Below are positions 26,681 to 32,000 of a stretch of 32,000 nt of DNA, in pieces. The notes beneath the pieces were generated by a model. The model was given only the letters and a program-made list of their open reading frames with translations, did not search any database and was not told the origin of the DNA. The position numbers and the translations under genes are program-made. Every line of letters begins with the position of its first letter. Position 1 is the first letter of the stretch. Origin of the DNA: Hyperthermus butylicus DSM 5456 (lineage in GTDB: Archaea > Thermoproteota > Thermoprotei_A > Sulfolobales > Pyrodictiaceae); the NCBI RefSeq assembly GCF_000015145.1, contig NC_008818.1, forward strand, positions 1,020,001-1,052,000, read 5' to 3'.

Positions 26681-27841
26681 TTGACATTTAGGTTGGAGGG
26701 TATCGCAAGCAAGTGTCTACGGTGCGGCTACGAGCTTCACAATGTTGTTTTGCCCCGCTGCCCACGCTGCGGATACAACATGATAGTGGCTCTCAAGGAG
26801 TTCGAATGGAGAGTAGATCACGACACACCTAGTATGTGGCGTTACCGGCACATGCTTCCACCAGTAGAACGTGTTGTAAGCTTTAGTGAAGGCTATACCC
26901 CACTTAGGAGAGTTAAAGATAGAGTCCTCCTTAAGTTGGAGAATAGGAATCCTACAGGAAGCTATGCTGATAGAGCTTCGTCTCTTGTAGCTAGCTTCAT
27001 AGCTAGTACCCGTAATCATCCTAGCATGGTGACGATACCCTACACGGAAGACTACACTGTATCACTTTCACTCTACCTGCGTGGCATTACTGGGGTGCGT
27101 GTGGTAGCTGATCCGAGAACTGTTAATCCAAGTGACGTAATAATCCTTGACAGGCTTGGTGTCGACATAGTATTTAGCAGCGATGCAACAAACTTGAACA
27201 ACACTAGCCTACTGGACTATCTGAGCCCGCTGACGATAGAGGGACTAAAAACAATAGCGTACGAGATTGTGGAAGCTAGACCCAATTCGTCAAGAGTAAT
27301 AGTTCCTTCCGAGACGGGTCTTCTAGCATTAGCTATAGCTAAAGGCTTCTATGAGGCTAACATGGCAGGTATCGATGCAAGCTACGAGGTTGTTGCAGCT
27401 GCTGTGGAGGGTTCTGGCGAGCCCGAGCTAGCTAGATATGCGCCCATCAAGGTTAAGGTTGAGTATGTATCTTCCGAAGAGGTCGTAAAGGCGCTTGTAG
27501 AGCTCTCGCGGCGGGGACTACGAGTAAAACCCCTCTCGGCTGCAGCTTATGCTGCTGCACTCAATCTGGGTGAGGGCGTAGCTGTTATAACAAGCTCTCT
27601 AAACCCTCGACACCTGGGAATTGCTAGGAGGCCTGGCTCCCAGCTCAACAACGAGATTCGGAGAGCCCTCCAGCTACACGGCGAGGTAACAGCATATCAG
27701 CTATGGCTTGCCCTCGGGCGAACCTATAGTCTACGGGGAATATACAAAGCCCTTGAAACACTGGAAGCTGAAGGCATAGTTTGTAGCAGGTATGTAATGA
27801 AGGGTAGACGCAGAATAAAGCTGTACAAGCTGTGCACATAG
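26681..27841 (+). CDS. threonine-synthase-like (fold-type II PLP) pseudoenzyme with N-terminal zinc ribbon and C-terminal PadR-like winged helix
   Basis: TTG start 3 nt after the pdxT stop. It has CLRCG..(11)..CPRCG, MWRYRHMLP, FSEGYTPL and LKLENRNPTGSYADR, where ThrC has ..NPTGSFKDR (Lys replaced by Ala, codon GCT 26966-26968). TIPYT stands where ASTGN is expected, and PSETGLLALAIAKGF where the GNAGN phosphate loop is expected. The C-terminus VTAYQLWLALGRTYSLRGIYKALETLEAEGIVCSRYVMKGRRRIKLYKL fits the PadR-type wHTH pattern. Confidence 0.85.
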   Translation: MTFRLEGIASKCLRCGYELHNVVLPRCPRCGYNMIVALKEFEWRVDHDTPSMWRYRHMLPPVERVVSFSEGYTPLRRVKDRVLLKLENRNPTGSYADRASSLVASFIASTRNHPSMVTIPYTEDYTVSLSLYLRGITGVRVVADPRTVNPSDVIILDRLGVDIVFSSDATNLNNTSLLDYLSPLTIEGLKTIAYEIVEARPNSSRVIVPSETGLLALAIAKGFYEANMAGIDASYEVVAAAVEGSGEPELARYAPIKVKVEYVSSEEVVKALVELSRRGLRVKPLSAAAYAAALNLGEGVAVITSSLNPRHLGIARRPGSQLNNEIRRALQLHGEVTAYQLWLALGRTYSLRGIYKALETLEAEGIVCSRYVMKGRRRIKLYKLCT

Positions 27842-28445
27842 CGTCTACCTGAGTAGGATACGCTTAGCCATGAATTCGGAGGATCGCTAGCACTATAGCA
27901 TCCATTGAACGCCAACAATGCACGAGGGAATAATGCGAAAGAATGCACAGCTGTGGTGAACTCCAGGCCTTTCTAGGACAAGCTGTGACCGGGTAAGACT
28001 AGTGTGGGCTCTGACATGGAGGCCGTGGTAGTCAATGTGTTTCTTAGCCTGTGGACTAGGTGTTTGTTACGTTGAAGCCCTAAATATCGGCGGGATAGGA
28101 GGAAGTAGGGGGATCGATTACAATACTACTATGACTATAGTGGTTGGAGGCATGGAGCTGTGAGGAGTGAGCCCCGCATACAGTTGATGAGCCCTCCCTC
28201 TGGGCTATGATGGCCGCTAGGGGTGGGCCGAGCCCCAAGCAACTATGAGAAGTCCACGCATCTCTCGGGCAGGGGGTGCCTGATCCGTTGTACTATCTTC
28301 TACTTCCTCGCTGTGTATTCTTCAAAAATTGCTGGTGGGGTTTGCCTAGCTCTTCGTGAGGATGTACGGTATGTGGCCGGGGTATAGTCCACTTTCTTAA
28401 CCCTGGAGCTACCCGTGTAGTGTCTCCGGGGCGGGTGGCTGGGTC

Positions 28446-29750
28446 TTGCCTTTACCTCCTTCCCGCGACGTTCTAGGATATGTTGTTAGGCGAATGTCCA
28501 AAACTATGACGCCTGGTCTCAGCCTCGCCGTGAATGCCAACAATGATATCTATGCGCGTGGCTTCGGCTACCGTAGCCTTGAGAAGGGGTTGCCTGCCAC
28601 GCCCGACACGATATACTGTATCGCTTCCATAACAAAGCCCATTACAGCTGTTGCCGTCATGCAGCTCGTCGAGGCCGGAAAGCTCAGCCTTGACGACCCG
28701 GCCGATAAGTATCTCCCTGTAGAGTTGCGTGTGCGCGGTGAGCCGGTTCGGATATGGCACCTGCTCAGCCATACTAGCGGCATACCCGCGCTTGGCTATG
28801 CCGAGGCCCTTCTGACCGGGTACCTGGGGCTTGACAGACGCTGGCTTCCATTCTCTGAGCCCATGGCTGTGCTTGAATGGCTTGAGCGTGGAGCACGGCG
28901 CTGGGCTGTTGCGACTCCTGGTGAGAGGTTCTTCTACCTCAACGAGGGCTATGTAGCGCTTGGCGTTATCATCGAAAGAGTTTCCGGCGTCAAATTCGAG
29001 GAGTATGTGGAGAGGAACATCTTCAAGCCACTGGGCATGTCCTCGTCAACCCTTGACGCCTCTAGGGCCCAGTCCTCCCCTCTATATGCAACCCCCTACG
29101 ATGCATCCACGACACCGCCACAGCCAGCAATGATTCCCACTGGGATAACAGCTGATGGTGGAGCCTATAGCACCGTGCTAGACCTCGTAAAGTTCATGTC
29201 AATGCTCGCTAACAGGGGGAGGCTAGGTGACACCGAGATATTGTCGCCTAGCAGTGTGGAGGAGATGGAGAAACCGAGGGTCCAGCTACCGAGCCAGATA
29301 TGGGGCAACGACAGCTACGGCCTAGGCCTCATAATATACGATGGGTTCCCCGGTGGACGCCTCGTAGGCCATAGTGGTAGCGTCTACGTGCACACGGGCT
29401 TTGCCGGCTACATCCGCGGCAAGAGTGTTATTGTGAGCGTGCTGGCCAACGCTGACCCGGGCGCGACAACTATAGGCATGGCATTGGCCGCTGACGCTGC
29501 CGGGATTGACTACCATGTGCTGCCAATGGTGAGGGCTGAGGAGGCTGCTGAGAAGCTCGAGGGTATCTACCATGGCTACGAGGGCACGGTGAGGTTCCGG
29601 GTCAAAGCCCTGGGTGACGCCCTGGTCATAGAGAGTCTGAGCCGGCCGGGACTCCAGGAGGTCATGGTGCCAGAGCGCATAGAGCCGCCGGTCTACGAGT
29701 ACACCGTATACCGTGGCGGCCGGAGAATGAAGGCAGTGTTCACCCGTTGA
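28446..29750 (+). CDS. beta-lactamase/PBP-fold serine hydrolase (Pab87 / CubicO-type peptidase-like); 3' end apparently frameshifted
   Basis: SxxK nucleophile motif (CIASITKPITAVAVMQLVEAGKLSLDDP), YxN motif (FYLNEGY), HSG (GHSGS). The C-terminal ~90-aa beta-rich domain is as in Pyrococcus Pab87. After the TGA at 29748-29750, the +1 frame continues VDPETGKVELIYERYRLVKV.. to 29835. Confidence 0.88.
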   Translation: MPLPPSRDVLGYVVRRMSKTMTPGLSLAVNANNDIYARGFGYRSLEKGLPATPDTIYCIASITKPITAVAVMQLVEAGKLSLDDPADKYLPVELRVRGEPVRIWHLLSHTSGIPALGYAEALLTGYLGLDRRWLPFSEPMAVLEWLERGARRWAVATPGERFFYLNEGYVALGVIIERVSGVKFEEYVERNIFKPLGMSSSTLDASRAQSSPLYATPYDASTTPPQPAMIPTGITADGGAYSTVLDLVKFMSMLANRGRLGDTEILSPSSVEEMEKPRVQLPSQIWGNDSYGLGLIIYDGFPGGRLVGHSGSVYVHTGFAGYIRGKSVIVSVLANADPGATTIGMALAADAAGIDYHVLPMVRAEEAAEKLEGIYHGYEGTVRFRVKALGDALVIESLSRPGLQEVMVPERIEPPVYEYTVYRGGRRMKAVFTR

Positions 29751-29836
29751 CCCGGAAACAGGCAAGGTTGAGCTGATCTACGAGAGGTACCGCCTCGTAA
29801 AAGTGGCCGAGGCCAGTGCCGCCGGCGGTGTCTAAC

Positions 29837-31165
29837 ATGTCCCGTTACGCCATAGTATTGGCCGCCGGGCGTGGGGAGAGGCTCTGGCCTCTAACCTCCA
29901 CGAGGCCCAAACCACTGCTACCCCTACCGGGCGGCGAGACACTACTATCGAGAATCATGGGACAGCTTAGACGGCTAGTCGACGGCTTCGTGGTCGTCGT
30001 AGGGCCGGGCTGGGCTGGCGACACGGTTAAGAGGCACCTAGAGGAGAAAGGCTACAGCGTCATCTACGCTGTGCAGGAGAGTCCCCGGGGTACCGGTGAT
30101 GCTGTCCGCGCAGCAGTGGAGAAACTGCCCCGTAGCGTCGACGAGGTCCTCATCGTTTATGGCGACCTCCTAGTGTCGGGCAAGCTTCTCGAGGACGTGG
30201 CTGCTGCTGGTGCACCTGCGTTAGCCGCCAAGAGGCACGAGAGACCATGGGACTATGGCGTGGTAAGGGTTAACGGTAGGGGCTGCCTCTCGGGGCTCGT
30301 GGAGAAGCCAGCCGACGCCAAGCCGGGAGAGCTGGTGAACACTGGAGTCTACCTGCTGCCCAGGGAGATTCTCGAGGAGTCCCTCGAAGTCCTGAAGCCG
30401 AGTCCCCGGGGCGAGCTAGAGTTCACCGATGCCGTGGCACGGATTGCCGGGAAGGCCTGCCTCAGGGTGGTATCTGGAGACTGGCTATGGATGGACGTGG
30501 GGAGGCCATGGGACTTATTTGACGCCTATCGTGCTGTCTGGGAGGAGCGCTTCCCGGGGCTCCGGGAGCCCCTGGTTGAGGGCGAGGTTGAGCCCGGGGC
30601 AACTCTGAAAGGTCCCGTCTACGTCGCCAGGGGCGCTGTTGTGAGGAGCTACAGCTACGTGGAGGGGCCCGCGTGGATAGAGGGCGAGGTGGGCCCCTTT
30701 GCCAGGATTAGGCCGTGGAGCTTCCTCCACCCGGGCAGCAGGGCTGCAACACACACCGAGGTTAAGGCATCAATACTCATGAGGGGTGCCCGGGCTCCAC
30801 ACCTAAACTATGTGGGCGACAGCATCCTCGGCGAAGGCGTAAACCTCGGCGCTGGCACGGTGACTGCGAACCTCCGCTTCGACCATGCAACAGTCAGGAT
30901 GAGGCTTAAGGGGAAACTGGTGGATACTGGGAGAAACAAGCTCGGCGCAATAATCGGCGATTATGCACAGACAGGCATCAATGTCTCGACACTTCCGGGC
31001 TTAAGGATAGGAGCCTACAGCTGGGTCTACCCCGGCATGACTGTGGCAAAGGATGTGCCGGACTGTGTGCTAGCAAGGCCTAAGCCTGGCGGCGGAGTAG
31101 AGTATGTTGATATAGCAGAGCGTGTTGGCTGTCCAGAACACCTGCGGCGTAGCCGTAGGTACTAG
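29837..31165 (+). CDS. bifunctional sugar-1-phosphate nucleotidylyltransferase / acetyltransferase (GlmU-like, archaeal ST0452 type)
   Basis: N-terminal AIVLAAGRGERLWPLT..RPKPLLPL (NTP-transferase G-loop). The C-terminus has left-handed beta-helix hexapeptide repeats (NYVGDSILGEGVNLGAGTVTANL..). The ORF opens at GTG 29816; ATG 29837 is more likely the start. Confidence 0.88.
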   Translation: MSRYAIVLAAGRGERLWPLTSTRPKPLLPLPGGETLLSRIMGQLRRLVDGFVVVVGPGWAGDTVKRHLEEKGYSVIYAVQESPRGTGDAVRAAVEKLPRSVDEVLIVYGDLLVSGKLLEDVAAAGAPALAAKRHERPWDYGVVRVNGRGCLSGLVEKPADAKPGELVNTGVYLLPREILEESLEVLKPSPRGELEFTDAVARIAGKACLRVVSGDWLWMDVGRPWDLFDAYRAVWEERFPGLREPLVEGEVEPGATLKGPVYVARGAVVRSYSYVEGPAWIEGEVGPFARIRPWSFLHPGSRAATHTEVKASILMRGARAPHLNYVGDSILGEGVNLGAGTVTANLRFDHATVRMRLKGKLVDTGRNKLGAIIGDYAQTGINVSTLPGLRIGAYSWVYPGMTVAKDVPDCVLARPKPGGGVEYVDIAERVGCPEHLRRSRRY

Positions 31166-31842
31166 CCTGTTATTAGGCTGCCAAGCTCTTCTCCAAGCAC
31201 TACCCTTTTCACGTTCTCCGGATCCGAACCATTAACTACTCTTACCGGTATATTGCTCCTCTCAACAATCGATATTGCTACCGGGTCTAGTAGCTCGTAG
31301 CGGCCGGGGCTCATGCTCTGCCTTACAACCCTGCGAAACTCTTCATAGCTTAGCCTCGGTATCAGCTGTGCAGACTTATCCACGGCGGGGTCCGCCGTGT
31401 ATACGCCGTCAACCGTGGTTGCAAGTACGAGAAGCTCTGCCCCGATGGCTTCAGCAACGAGGGCTGCTACGCCGGAGGTGCTCTGGCCAGGTTGGAACCC
31501 GCCAGCCACCACTATGAGCCCGGTGGAGTATGCTTCGAGCAGCTCCCAGATGCTCCTCGGGGGCTCCGGGTAGGCGTTGGGGTGCAGCGCGTAGATTAGG
31601 AGCCGAGCGTTGAGCCTGGAGGCCTCTATGCCGAGGATGTCCTGGAAGCTCTTCCCCAGCCCCAGCTCCCGGGCAGCTTCAATGTAGCGTCTAGCCTCGG
31701 GACCACCGCCGACGACTACTACGAGCCGGTAGCCCACGCTATGTAGCTCATGGAGGACCTGGGCGTAGCGTTTAACGAGCCCGGGCTTCTCCGGGTTGAC
31801 ATACTTTCCGCTAACCTTGATGACTACGGGGCCCTTCGGCAC
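31162..31842 (-). CDS. pyrH: UMP kinase, archaeal type
   Basis: VIKVSGK.....(amino-acid kinase N-motif), VVVVGGG..AR.YI, GGF.PG.ST...AAL.AE..GA..L....VDGVY..DP. 226 aa, typical of archaeal PyrH. Confidence 0.93.
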   Translation of the reverse strand: MPKGPVVIKVSGKYVNPEKPGLVKRYAQVLHELHSVGYRLVVVVGGGPEARRYIEAARELGLGKSFQDILGIEASRLNARLLIYALHPNAYPEPPRSIWELLEAYSTGLIVVAGGFQPGQSTSGVAALVAEAIGAELLVLATTVDGVYTADPAVDKSAQLIPRLSYEEFRRVVRQSMSPGRYELLDPVAISIVERSNIPVRVVNGSDPENVKRVVLGEELGSLITG

Positions 31843-32000
31843 CGGCCACCCAGACGTGTTGGCTCTACCTGGATAGGGCCCTAAAACCCTTACAGCAAAC
31901 AGCGGGCGTAAAGTGACCAGCCCCGTCCGGTAGTATAGGCGGAGCTAGAGGAGCTACGGTGACGCTGTTGCGGCTGGTACTCTACATCGAAGCCAGGGAT

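Noticed and set aside
27002-27016. 'ASTRN' in the ThrC-like protein as the ASTGN PLP motif
   Set aside because: It lies only 12 residues after the (missing) Lys position. An ungapped alignment to ThrC puts the true ASTGN position about 10 residues further on, where the sequence is TIPYT. ASTRN is coincidental.
28184-28260. Possible C/D-box sRNA (TGATGA at 28184-28189, TGATGG about 20 nt later)
   Set aside because: The candidate D' and D boxes are only CTGG and CCGA. The spacer lengths (9 and 14 nt) do not fit the 12-nt archaeal rule, and the flanks are direct rather than inverted repeats, so no terminal stem or k-turn forms.

Overview
The window looks like chromosome from a GC-rich hyperthermophilic crenarchaeon of Desulfurococcales type. 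Supporting signs are tRNAs with all-G:C acceptor stems and an encoded CCA, one tRNA intron at a non-canonical position, many GTG/TTG starts, TATA-like boxes about 20-30 nt before start codons, and very tight gene packing. I cannot name the species from sequence alone.

Most of the window is housekeeping. It carries stomatin/SPFH, a hotdog thioesterase, upp, an NfsA-like nitroreductase, cutA, sufC-sufB, a tandem-USP protein, a DUF1646-like transporter and a COG3044 ABC-class ATPase. It also carries hypE, pdxS-pdxT, a Pab87-like serine hydrolase, a GlmU-like nucleotidyl/acetyltransferase and pyrH, plus three tRNAs (Arg-CCT, Lys-CTT with intron, Ile-GAT). I saw no CRISPR array, rRNA, transposase or integrase.

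The most interesting locus is 26681-27841. It starts 3 nt after pdxT and encodes a threonine-synthase-like protein whose PLP-binding motifs are all degenerate (the Schiff-base Lys is Ala). This body is fused to an N-terminal zinc ribbon and a C-terminal PadR-type winged helix. I read it as a candidate archaeal vitamin-B6 or metabolite sensor-regulator.

Other points of interest:
- an AT-rich islet beside tRNA-Arg
- an orphan hypE translationally coupled to a MobA-like gene
- a MoaD-like beta-grasp protein without the diglycine terminus
- two orphan proteins of 310 aa and 410 aa
- three decayed or frameshifted genes
- several perfect palindromes
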